Below are positions 19,629-28,390 of a DNA stretch of 64,000 nucleotides, piece by piece. The stretch comes from Candidatus Bathyarchaeota archaeon (GTDB taxonomy: Archaea; Thermoproteota; Bathyarchaeia; Bathyarchaeales; Bathycorpusculaceae). Under the pieces are notes generated by a model. It did no database searches, had not been told where the DNA came from, and worked only from the letters and a program-made list of their open reading frames with translations. The stretch is from contig CAVRFW010000008.1 of NCBI GenBank assembly GCA_963720565.1, positions 45,415 through 109,414 on the forward strand, given 5' to 3'. The position numbers and the translations under genes were made by a program. Within the stretch, counting starts at the first letter, position 1. Each line of letters begins with the position of its first letter.

Positions 19629-20567
19629 ATGCTCAAAGACGCGATAAAAGATTACGAGTTCAAAAAAGAAATGTCGGCAGACGAGCTTGTCAACCAGATG
19701 GAGGAAGCCTGGGGCTTCACCGCAGGAAAACTTGCTGTTGCAGTGAAGATTATGGAACGCATGATTCAAACGAAGAACTGCAAAAAGTTTCTTTCTTTCA
19801 CTGGAAACCTCGTTGCAACCGGCACTCGAGGCGTTTTCAGGGAGCTTGTGAAGAGGAAAATGGTCGACATTGTTATAACTACTTGCGGAAGCCTAGACCA
19901 TGACATGGCGAGGTGCTGGAAAAACTACTACAAGGGCTCGTTCATCATGAACGACGCTAAATTGCATGAACAAGGCATAAACCGCCTTGGCAACGTGCTG
20001 GTTCCAAACGACAGCTACGGCACAATAATAGAAGAGAAAATGCAGGCAATGCTGCAAGACTTGTGGAGAGAGGGAATAAGGGAAGTATCAGCCAGTCAAC
20101 TTTGCCGGGAGATAGGTTTACGATGCTGCAACGAAAGCTCGATTCTATACTGGGCAGCCCGAAACGATATCCCAGTGTATGTACCAGGCATCACCGACGG
20201 GGCAGTAGGTTATCAGACGTGGTTTTTCAGCCAAGACCACGACTTCAAGCTCAACTTGCTCAAGGATGAAGGAGAACTAAGCGATTTGATGTTTACAACT
20301 AAGAAAACAGGCGCCCTCATAATCGGAGGCGGAATATCGAAACACCACACCATATGGTGGAACCAATTCAAAGACGGCTTAGACTACGTAGTGTACATTA
20401 GCACTGCAGACGAGTGGGACGGCAGCCTTTCAGGCGCAAGACCACGCGAAGCAGTTTCATGGGGCAAAATTAGCGAAAAAGCTAAGAGGGTTATGGTTGA
20501 AGGTGACGCTTCGCTGATACTGCCATTGATGACAAGCGCACTACTGGATCGGCTCGGAAAGACTTAG
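19629..20567 (+). CDS. dys: Deoxyhypusine synthase, archaeal type
   Basis: GFTAGKL, FTGNLVATG, INRLGNVLVPN, GGGISKHH, DGSLSGARPREAVSWGK, VEGDAS. Confidence 0.92.
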   Translation: MLKDAIKDYEFKKEMSADELVNQMEEAWGFTAGKLAVAVKIMERMIQTKNCKKFLSFTGNLVATGTRGVFRELVKRKMVDIVITTCGSLDHDMARCWKNYYKGSFIMNDAKLHEQGINRLGNVLVPNDSYGTIIEEKMQAMLQDLWREGIREVSASQLCREIGLRCCNESSILYWAARNDIPVYVPGITDGAVGYQTWFFSQDHDFKLNLLKDEGELSDLMFTTKKTGALIIGGGISKHHTIWWNQFKDGLDYVVYISTADEWDGSLSGARPREAVSWGKISEKAKRVMVEGDASLILPLMTSALLDRLGKT

Positions 20568-21625
20568 GACACGTTTTTGAAGAGCCAAGACATGTCTGGC
20601 GCTTTGCGCTTGATTTTCACTCTTTCGTTGAGCGCGTGCGTTATTAGAGGCAGAGCAATCGTGGCATCGCAATAGCAAACCGCCCGTTTACCACTTTCAC
20701 TGTTTATCTTTCCCCAGCTTATCGCCTCTTCCAGTGTACAGCCGCTTAAGCCACCCCATTGGGGCGAGTCAGTTGTAATTTGTATGGCGTATTTGTGCGG
20801 GTAATAGTATTCTTGGAGGCCGTCGCGCAAGTGACCGTTTCTGCCTGGAACGCCTTGATCATTTGTCTTGGGCGATACTGATATTGCTATTAGTTGCGTA
20901 AGGTCCTTGGGGACACCGCCGCCGATGTAGACTACACCGATATCCTTTGTTTTCTCGCCGATGCTTACGAACTGTTCAAACTCTTTCACAGAATCCAGCA
21001 TTACAGTGCGTCCGCGGTTCTTTGCAAGTAAGAAGGTTTCTCCATAAGCGCTATCGGTCATGGCTGGGCTGAAGATTGGAACTCCGTTTGCTGCGGCAAC
21101 TGCCGTTATGCTGGGGATATTCTTCTTGCCGAGGTATTTTCCCAGCAGGTGGAGAAATTCGGTTGAAGAGTAGGGAAAATCGGATTTGAGAGTCATGACA
21201 AAGTCTGTGACGAGATCTTCCATTTGCCGGTAGTCGGTTTCCTTTCCGAAGACGTCGTAGTACCTGTTCACGTCTGCTTTCAAGAGAGCCTCATCGTCAA
21301 CCATGTGGCTACCCTGCCAGTAGCCAAGTCCCATAGCATCAACAATGTCTTCTGAAACATTGGCACCCGTGCTTACGAGAACATCGATGAAGCGGTTTTC
21401 CATAAGCCAGTTGACTATTGTCCATTGCCCAGCAGTACTTAATGAGCCTGCTATGCCCATAACAATTGTGAGGTCTTTTTCTTCAATCATATTTTCCCAG
21501 ACATCAACTGCTTCACCGAGTTTTCTGCCCTGGTAAGCCGTTCTACCCATTTCAGACAGAAGTTGTGAGACGCTCTTCTCTTTGACTTTAATGGGTTCGA
21601 GTTTCTTGTTGAAGTATTTGCTCAT
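20564..21625 (-). CDS. Second deoxyhypusine synthase-like protein (homospermidine-synthase-like subtype)
   Basis: AYQGRKLGEA, VSTGANVSED, NRYYDV, GGGVPKD, QITTDSPQWGGLSGCTLEEAISWGK, CDATIALP. Confidence 0.85.
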   Translation of the reverse strand: MSKYFNKKLEPIKVKEKSVSQLLSEMGRTAYQGRKLGEAVDVWENMIEEKDLTIVMGIAGSLSTAGQWTIVNWLMENRFIDVLVSTGANVSEDIVDAMGLGYWQGSHMVDDEALLKADVNRYYDVFGKETDYRQMEDLVTDFVMTLKSDFPYSSTEFLHLLGKYLGKKNIPSITAVAAANGVPIFSPAMTDSAYGETFLLAKNRGRTVMLDSVKEFEQFVSIGEKTKDIGVVYIGGGVPKDLTQLIAISVSPKTNDQGVPGRNGHLRDGLQEYYYPHKYAIQITTDSPQWGGLSGCTLEEAISWGKINSESGKRAVCYCDATIALPLITHALNERVKIKRKAPDMSWLFKNVS

Positions 21626-21752
21626 TAGTTTGCACCTCGTTGTAAGTTAATTGACTTGTATTTGAAATTTACCTTCTCATACTGATTGGGTACAATAGAA
21701 AACTGTTGAAAAGAGGACTACTGATTTGGAAAATGAGGATTTTAGGAGAATT

Positions 21753-22733
21753 CTATATTGGGTAGGCTCCGCATATCTTGCAGAACTGTATTTTTGTTTT
21801 TGTGTAGCTCTTGCAGTATGGACATTGTATTCCTCCGTTGTCAGGATAGACTTCTGAGGGTTTTCCGAATATCTTCCTGAAGTGCTCGTAGTAGAGTAGC
21901 TGTTCTTTGTCCTGGATTTTCACATCGTCTTTTTCTACGATCGCTTTCTTTTGCTCTTCAAAGTCTTCATCCGAGAGCATGTCATTGAAGAATGTTCGGA
22001 GGATTTCAGTTCCTGTTCCCTGTTCAAGAGGAGCTTTTGGACGCCAGATGATGTCTTTGGGTATGACATCCTCGTATGCCTTGCGAAGTATCCATTTGCC
22101 GTATTTTACGCCTTCGCGCATGTTTATTTTGAGTTTGATTGGGAGTTTCTTAGCCCAGTCCATGAAAAGTTGATCCATATAGGGTGCTTTGATGCTCATA
22201 CCCATAGATTGAGCCATAGGGATTGAAGAGAAACCCATTTCGGCCCACATTTCTTTTTGTTTTTGCTGGAACTCAGTCTCGGAAAGGTGGAATTGCCAAG
22301 GGTATCCGAAAAGCTCGTCAAGGGCGTCGCCTGTGAAGACACTTTTTAAGCCTTTTTTCTTCAGCAGGGTTAGGCCTATGTACACAGGCATGCTGTTTCT
22401 AATTTCCATGGGGTCAAACTTTTTTAGCGCCCCAACCACTTTGGGAGCGAAATTTAGGACGTCATCACGGTCGAAGACATGTGTTTCCTGATTCAGTTTC
22501 AGGAAAGCGACCATTTTTTCGACGTATTCTGCGTCTTTCGGGTTTCCATGTTTGAAAGCCATGGTTAGGCATGGAAGGTTTGGGTTGTGCTTCACTGCTT
22601 CATAAGCTATGATTTGCGTGTCGGTTCCTGCTGAGAAGAGCATGGCGTCAGCCATGTTTTTCTGCACGACCTTGTGTACTAAGATTCTGGTTTCTGGCAA
22701 GAGGTTGATGTATTCTTTTTCATCCAGTACCAT
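21753..22733 (-). CDS. Asparagine synthase C-terminal domain protein lacking the glutaminase domain, with a C-terminal Zn ribbon
   Basis: FSAGTDT (variant of SGGxDS), TGDALDELFGY, GKWILRKAY, WRPKAP, CPYC...CKICGAYP. Confidence 0.8.
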   Translation of the reverse strand: MVLDEKEYINLLPETRILVHKVVQKNMADAMLFSAGTDTQIIAYEAVKHNPNLPCLTMAFKHGNPKDAEYVEKMVAFLKLNQETHVFDRDDVLNFAPKVVGALKKFDPMEIRNSMPVYIGLTLLKKKGLKSVFTGDALDELFGYPWQFHLSETEFQQKQKEMWAEMGFSSIPMAQSMGMSIKAPYMDQLFMDWAKKLPIKLKINMREGVKYGKWILRKAYEDVIPKDIIWRPKAPLEQGTGTEILRTFFNDMLSDEDFEEQKKAIVEKDDVKIQDKEQLLYYEHFRKIFGKPSEVYPDNGGIQCPYCKSYTKTKIQFCKICGAYPI

Positions 22734-22935
22734 TACGTTTCCCCTGCAACAACCAAGTTTGTTGCCTATCGCGTATATAAATTTATCCGTATGCTTACAA
22801 AATCATTAAAATAGTAAACATATGTGCTGAAATTAAATCCAAAATTGGACACACAAACCGTTAGGATCCCATTGATGCGCTTTTGGTTTAATTAGGTACA
22901 TTTAAAAGTTTTAGCATTTCGTTCATATCAAGAGT

Positions 22936-23769
22936 TTGATGTCGGTGACTGTGCCAGAATCTTCAAACCCAGAAGCGTACGTTTTGCGGATAAGCATAGT
23001 TCACATGAAAATCCGCGATACACTAGACGAAAACCTAAAGGCGGCGAAGGCGGGAATTCTCAAAGCTGCAGCACAGAAGCCAGCATTTATCGCCCTCCCA
23101 GAGTATTTCTCCGTGCCGGGTTGCATGCAGAACTTCACGGACGCAGAAAAAATCTTCCAAGAAACCTGCAAAGACACTTTGGAATTCCTGACGGAAGTCT
23201 CCAGAGAAATTCCAGGAATATACCTCCTCGGCGGAACAGTTCTGGAAAAGGAGGAGGAAAAACTCTACAACACAAGTACTCTATGGAAAAACGGTGTGCT
23301 AATAGGAAAGTATCGGAAAAAAAATCCTATTGCAGCCGAAATAAAAGCGGGAGTGGCAAGAGGCATTCAGGCTGTTGTCATAGAAACGGAGCACTGTAAA
23401 GTTGGTTTGATTGTCTGTGCAGACATGTTTGACCCGAATCTAGTAAAGCAAGTTGTCAGTTTAGGAGCTGAAGTGATTTCTCTTCCTGTAGCGGCGATGG
23501 GAACACACCCCAGCGTTAAGGGACATCCTTTGACGGAGAAGGTAGCGACTGACAATGGGGTGTTCGTGATCAAAGTTGGGAACGTCTGTTCCAGCACCAA
23601 GGGAGGAAGAAGTGCGGTGATCGCGCCCTGGGGCATACTCGAAGAGGTATCTGACGCGGAGGAAGATTTGATTATAACGGTTGACTTGGACATGACGAGA
23701 CTTGATGAATACAGAAAGACTATCAGTAAACCTTGGCCCAGTCATCCACGATCTGGCTCATCTCATTGA
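22936..23769 (+). CDS. Carbon-nitrogen hydrolase (nitrilase superfamily)
   Basis: Catalytic triad in LPEYF, YRKKN, IVCADMF; GGRSAVIAPWG. The start may lie up to ~50 nt downstream; 3' end overlaps the next gene by 47 nt. Confidence 0.88.
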   Translation: MMSVTVPESSNPEAYVLRISIVHMKIRDTLDENLKAAKAGILKAAAQKPAFIALPEYFSVPGCMQNFTDAEKIFQETCKDTLEFLTEVSREIPGIYLLGGTVLEKEEEKLYNTSTLWKNGVLIGKYRKKNPIAAEIKAGVARGIQAVVIETEHCKVGLIVCADMFDPNLVKQVVSLGAEVISLPVAAMGTHPSVKGHPLTEKVATDNGVFVIKVGNVCSSTKGGRSAVIAPWGILEEVSDAEEDLIITVDLDMTRLDEYRKTISKPWPSHPRSGSSH

Positions 23770-24607
23770 ATTCATATGTTTTTAGCCAAGCTCGAAAATC
23801 TGTGTTTTTCACTGCAAAGCGACAAATCTGCTTCGCATTCTCGGAATCGTGAACCAAAAATAGAACGCCCTTGAGGTTTTGCTTGGAAACATAAGCCACA
23901 GTCTTCAACAAGGCATCCAGCTTTTCATTGGTTGGCATTTCTGCGCTTAATTCTAGAACAACAGGTTTCTTCAAGATGCGTGTGAAGTCTCTCGCTAGGA
24001 GGTCCACCCAATAGTTTGTTGTATAGTCTCTTGCAGAAAGGGGCACATGGAAATAGTCCACCAGTTCCGCTATCTTTTCAAAGTCTATTCCGAAGCGTTC
24101 CTTAGCCAGGACAGGGTCGGGGTACATTTCAACCGCAAAGGTTCCCTTAACTAGATCCTTTGACTGTTTTAGGAAACTCGTTATTTCTTGCGCACGCCAT
24201 CCCGTCCAGTTTAGTCCGCTTTGCCTCCAGAGTTCTACGCATCGGGGACAAACACAGAATTCTTCTTCTGGGAAGTGGTAAAGGTTGAGAGTAACGCCTT
24301 CAATGTTTTCTTTGTTCAGTTCTTTGATGTAGTCAAAGATTTTTTTTCGGTAGTCAGGGTTTGTTGGGCAAACAAAATCAAAGGGCGTGTTTACTTTCCG
24401 GTTTTTCCTCAGGGCAGGACCGTTTTTTGAAACTGCAACTAAGTTGGGGTTTTCTCGAATGGTTTTTGCGTCACAAAAGCATGTGACATCATTCTGCATT
24501 TCTTTCGCTGCTGGAAAAACTGAGCCGTCTACCCACTTTGAATAGTAGACATGCATATCGAAACCCTCGACTTTTTCCGGAGTGTACGTAACTAAGCCCA
24601 TTTTCAT
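23723..24607 (-). CDS. Cys-rich TIM-barrel protein, paralog A; candidate substrate:corrinoid methyltransferase (MtgB-like)
   Basis: Clear paralog of 26057..26956 (CF.D, C.TNP, HF.E..FCxCPRCVELWRxSGLNW..WRA, PDP.L.KERFG.DF). Start MKMGLV at 24607 aligns with the paralog's start. Function inferred from context. Confidence 0.6.
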   Translation of the reverse strand: MKMGLVTYTPEKVEGFDMHVYYSKWVDGSVFPAAKEMQNDVTCFCDAKTIRENPNLVAVSKNGPALRKNRKVNTPFDFVCPTNPDYRKKIFDYIKELNKENIEGVTLNLYHFPEEEFCVCPRCVELWRQSGLNWTGWRAQEITSFLKQSKDLVKGTFAVEMYPDPVLAKERFGIDFEKIAELVDYFHVPLSARDYTTNYWVDLLARDFTRILKKPVVLELSAEMPTNEKLDALLKTVAYVSKQNLKGVLFLVHDSENAKQICRFAVKNTDFRAWLKTYEFNEMSQIVDDWAKVY

Positions 24608-24668
24608 GCTCTTCAACTCATTCGCGCAACAGATATATTCACGCGACTTATTTAGCTGTTGAATCACA

Positions 24669-24875
24669 ATGGAAAAGCACGAGTCGCCTGTTCTTATCGA
24701 CTACAAAAAATGCCCGCCGTGTTCAGGACTTATTTGTGTAGGGGTTTGTCCCTTGGGTTTGTTTGAGGCTGGAAAAGGTGGTAAACCTGAAATCGTTGAC
24801 ATTGCCTCTTGTACCCGATGCGGCGTCTGTGCGAACTTGTGCCAGAAAAAAGCCATAACAATAAGAGAAAGATGA
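24669..24875 (+). CDS. 2x[4Fe-4S]-type ferredoxin
   Basis: CPPCSGLICVGVCP and CTRCGVCANLC. Confidence 0.85.
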   Translation: MEKHESPVLIDYKKCPPCSGLICVGVCPLGLFEAGKGGKPEIVDIASCTRCGVCANLCQKKAITIRER

Positions 24876-24904
24876 CCAATCCCTATACGGATAATGGTGA
24901 TTGC

Positions 24905-26008
24905 ATGAAACAGTTTGATCTGGAAGCTCCTGGAGTAAAATTGATTCTGGAAAAAAATGTGCTTGCAGTGCTTTCCGATTCTCCGCTAAACACTATCAGT
25001 TCCGCCTTTCACAATGGCGGTGGAATAAAGAAGACAAATGCAATACTCAACGTTGAAGTCTTGAAATCGTACAGTGATCGAACCCTCCACGATGACCCCG
25101 AAGCCTACATAATGGAATCCTCAAAAGTTATTGGACTCAACGAAAGCTTCATAGGCATGGTTACTGCAGCTGCAGTCGAAAACTTTTCAATGGTCTCGAA
25201 AAGAGAAGAGGACCTCGGCGTCAACGTTATTGCCACCGCAGCAGATAACGAAGGTCACACCTGCAATCATGCTGAGTCAGCGGGAGAAAAAATCGAAGTT
25301 AAGGTTATTGAGGGAACAATAAACATCATTGCCGTGGTAGACGGGAATCCGACTGAAAGTTGTCTTGCAGGATTAATAATCACCATAACCGAGGCTAAAA
25401 TGGCCGCGCTAAGGGAGCTTGACATCAGAAGTCGATACTCCGGCGATCAAGCAACTGGAACAATTACGGACTCTGTGGTTGTGGCTGAAACAAACCGGGG
25501 AACTCCGCTAGTTTATGGAGGTCCAGCCTCAAAGCTTGGACAATTGGTCGGGTACTGCACTAGAGAAGCAGTGAAAGAAGCAGTAATGAAAGCAAGTGAA
25601 TGTATGCCGGGCAGATCCCTGATTTCAAGGCTAAGAGAACGAAATTTATCAATTGAAAAATTAGCCTCCGAATTGTCGAAAAGTGAAACCCTGAACCTCG
25701 ACAAAGAAACTTTAGAATACTACATAGAAAGAACCTTGAGAACCAAACCGGAAGCTGCATGGATTTTAATGGCGGCTGCAAAAATGGATGAGGACGTAAA
25801 AAACAATCTTATCCCGCTCGAGTTCGGCAGAATTGAAGCAGCAAGTAGAAAGTTCGGAGAATTCGTGTTGTACAGCAAGATGCAAAGTAGTGCCAAATCC
25901 GACGTTTCGGAGAATGACGAAGTTAGTTTGTCTCCATTCCTGAAGCAGGTTCTAGTAAATATGGCAAAAGAAGCTCGGAATGAGTCTAAAACTGAAAACC
26001 TTAAATAA
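24905..26008 (+). CDS. cbiZ: Adenosylcobinamide amidohydrolase CbiZ with C-terminal extension
   Basis: ISSAFHNGG, GMVTAA, GTINII, TITEAK, ATGTITDSVVV, GGPASKLG. Start MKQFDL at 24905. Confidence 0.85.
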   Translation: MKQFDLEAPGVKLILEKNVLAVLSDSPLNTISSAFHNGGGIKKTNAILNVEVLKSYSDRTLHDDPEAYIMESSKVIGLNESFIGMVTAAAVENFSMVSKREEDLGVNVIATAADNEGHTCNHAESAGEKIEVKVIEGTINIIAVVDGNPTESCLAGLIITITEAKMAALRELDIRSRYSGDQATGTITDSVVVAETNRGTPLVYGGPASKLGQLVGYCTREAVKEAVMKASECMPGRSLISRLRERNLSIEKLASELSKSETLNLDKETLEYYIERTLRTKPEAAWILMAAAKMDEDVKNNLIPLEFGRIEAASRKFGEFVLYSKMQSSAKSDVSENDEVSLSPFLKQVLVNMAKEARNESKTENLK

Positions 26009-26056
26009 CATGCAAAATTTATTCCGTTAACAAAACAATGGAAAATGGTGTAAAAT

Positions 26057-26956
26057 TTGAAATTCGGTGTTTTTCTATATCAACCAGAACCCGTTGAGGG
26101 AGTTGATTACAATTTCTACCGCATCAAACCAGAATCTGGAACTGTTGGGACGCCAAACCCGAAAATGTACACTAACATCGCATGCTTTGGCGATAATGCC
26201 CTAGCTGCGAAGCGCCCAGAATGGATTTCAACTAGCGCGAACGGCCCAGCTTTCCGCACTAACAAGAAATTCAATCTTCGCTGGGATGTGCTGTGTATGA
26301 CGAACCCGGAAGTCCGAGAGTACAATTTGAAGCTAATTGAAGACTGCGCTAGAGTTACCCCAGGCATAAGCATAAGCAGTCAGCACTTCGCTGAACATGC
26401 CTTCTGCACATGCCCCCGCTGTGTTGAACTGTGGCGAAATAGTGGATTAAACTGGGTTGATTGGAGAGCCAAGACCGTAACTGAATTCCTGGCAGAAGTC
26501 CGAGAGCGTGTCGTTAATAAGCCACTGTTCGTAAACTGCCTACCGGACCCATTGCTTGGCAAAGAGCGCTTTGGCTACGACTTTGATGCCATGGCAGAAT
26601 ACACGGACTACTTTGTCATTCCGATGTTCTCAAAAGCTTATCCCACGCCTTGGTACTGGGAAACCATAGCCAGAGGGTACAAAAGTTTCCTGAAAAAGCC
26701 AATGTTCGTTAACTTTTACGTCCGAGGACCAGGAGAAACATGGGAAACCGTTGCGACGACTAAACAGATACTCACGGTTGCCACTCGCGCCGCAAGAACA
26801 GGGGTTGACGGAATAATCTTCCTCGCTGAGAAAGCACAGTGGATACAGGAATTCCAGAAGAACGCAGTTGCAGACAAAGAAACCCGTGAATTTCTCAAAG
26901 ACCACGGCGGCGACGAAGTTCTAGAGCTTGTCAATCGATGGGAATCGCTGTTCTAG
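26057..26956 (+). CDS. Cys-rich TIM-barrel protein, paralog B; candidate substrate:corrinoid methyltransferase (MtgB-like)
   Basis: Paralog of 23723..24607; FCTCPRCVELWRNSGLNW; lies beside the MtrH-like and corrinoid protein genes. Confidence 0.6.
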   Translation: MKFGVFLYQPEPVEGVDYNFYRIKPESGTVGTPNPKMYTNIACFGDNALAAKRPEWISTSANGPAFRTNKKFNLRWDVLCMTNPEVREYNLKLIEDCARVTPGISISSQHFAEHAFCTCPRCVELWRNSGLNWVDWRAKTVTEFLAEVRERVVNKPLFVNCLPDPLLGKERFGYDFDAMAEYTDYFVIPMFSKAYPTPWYWETIARGYKSFLKKPMFVNFYVRGPGETWETVATTKQILTVATRAARTGVDGIIFLAEKAQWIQEFQKNAVADKETREFLKDHGGDEVLELVNRWESLF

Positions 26957-27010
26957 GCGAATCCTCTATTTCTTTCTTTTTTGAAAAGACGCCAACTATT
27001 CTTTTCTTGC

Positions 27011-27427
27011 TTAAGGTTCTTGGTTCTTTACCTTAAGGTAGTGGATTTCCCTATTTTTCATTAAGAACGCGACGAACGATAGAACTGAAACTATCACAGT
27101 CAACGAAATAGTAATTGAAGTAAAGTTAATCCCTATTGGCGAGAGACCTAAGATTAAGCCCACAAGTCCTGCGATGCCAAAACTCAAAGCAACGGACAAC
27201 ACGACTTCTTCTACTAATTCGAGTTTGTTTTTCTTTGAGAACAGAACGGTGACAAGACAGTAACCGGGCAAAATTGCGATGAATAAGAAACTAAACACGT
27301 AGCGTACAATGAAAAACGAAGAGTCGCTTGGAACAAAATATGCAATCAGCATAGTCAAAACTGTAAATAGAATGATAACGCCGAACCAGAGAAGAGGTTT
27401 CACTGTTTGTCCTTCATAAAGATTCAA
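27011..27427 (-). CDS. DUF1616-like membrane protein
   Basis: ILPGYCLV..LF, EEVVLSVALS and GLILGLSPIGI motifs; 4 TM helices. Confidence 0.75.
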   Translation of the reverse strand: MNLYEGQTVKPLLWFGVIILFTVLTMLIAYFVPSDSSFFIVRYVFSFLFIAILPGYCLVTVLFSKKNKLELVEEVVLSVALSFGIAGLVGLILGLSPIGINFTSITISLTVIVSVLSFVAFLMKNREIHYLKVKNQEP

Positions 27428-27461
27428 TATTGAGATTTAAGAAAAATAAAGAAAGGAGGTT

Positions 27462-28370
27462 TTAGAGGAAGTTTTTGAAGATTGGATGTGTCTCGTCGAG
27501 CGGTCTAATATCTAGGTCAGCCATCGCAGATGCAATGTAAGTATCGACTATGGCTACTGCGGGGAAGACCCATTCAGCTTGCTCAGCGGGTCCGAACATA
27601 AGCCAGTTTGCACCTACTGTCTGCATAATCGCGTTTGTGGCAGTAACAGGACCTTTCCTATACTCTTTCGCTACGTTTGCCTTAACCCAGCCCATCGTTG
27701 TAACGACGTTTCCAGTTCCGAGTCCCGTTGGATGACCAAACCTCTCTTTTATCAGAGGAATAGCTCTGACCGCTGTGCCCATATCTGGCGCAAATGCCGG
27801 AATGGCAGTGTCAATTAATGGTTTGGTAATTCCTGCTTTGTCGGCTAGAGCCAATGCTTCCTGCAGAATTGCAAATTTGCCTTCTAAGCTGTTGTCTCTC
27901 GGGTTGTCGGCAAGAACTATGGACATTTTAATTCCGCTATCTTTCAGTTTTGCCAGCTCAATATCTGTGACGCCTTTGTAGACCGAGTTGTACAAGCATC
28001 TGTCCTGCAGACCCATGTCCTTTGCAAGAGCTGAAGCAGCCATTCGGACTTTGGGACTCATCGCGTCCAGCATTAGTGGAGCGTCGCTGTGCTTAGCACA
28101 GAAATCGATGTATTTTCCAAAAGCCTCTTCGGTGGTTCCGACAATGTCGAAACCGAATGGAACACCACTAATGTCGCTCTGAATCTGCATTCGGTTAATT
28201 ATGTCTTCAGCTTGCTGTGCATCAAAAATGCCTTTGTTGGCATCTTGCACCATTTTCTGACCGAGCCAAAAGATAGAGCCGATAAGAAATGTAGGCAATT
28301 CTCCAGGCTGACCGCCAACTTTTACTTTTCCCACATCATAGATGTTTTGTTTCGTGTTGAACTTATTCAT
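27462..28370 (-). CDS. mtrH: Stand-alone MtrH-family methyltransferase (methyl-corrinoid:tetrahydromethanopterin methyltransferase, MT2 role)
   Basis: VGGQPGELPTFLIGSIF, MLDA, LYNS, KPLIDTA, GHPTGLG; no other mtr subunits in the window. Confidence 0.88.
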   Translation of the reverse strand: MNKFNTKQNIYDVGKVKVGGQPGELPTFLIGSIFWLGQKMVQDANKGIFDAQQAEDIINRMQIQSDISGVPFGFDIVGTTEEAFGKYIDFCAKHSDAPLMLDAMSPKVRMAASALAKDMGLQDRCLYNSVYKGVTDIELAKLKDSGIKMSIVLADNPRDNSLEGKFAILQEALALADKAGITKPLIDTAIPAFAPDMGTAVRAIPLIKERFGHPTGLGTGNVVTTMGWVKANVAKEYRKGPVTATNAIMQTVGANWLMFGPAEQAEWVFPAVAIVDTYIASAMADLDIRPLDETHPIFKNFL

Positions 28371-28390
28371 CTTGCCTCATCTGAACGAGT

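Noticed and set aside
27462..28370. MtrH as evidence of methanogenesis or a membrane Mtr complex
   Set aside because: No mtrA-G or mcr genes in the window; pairing with a corrinoid protein fits a soluble MT2 role.
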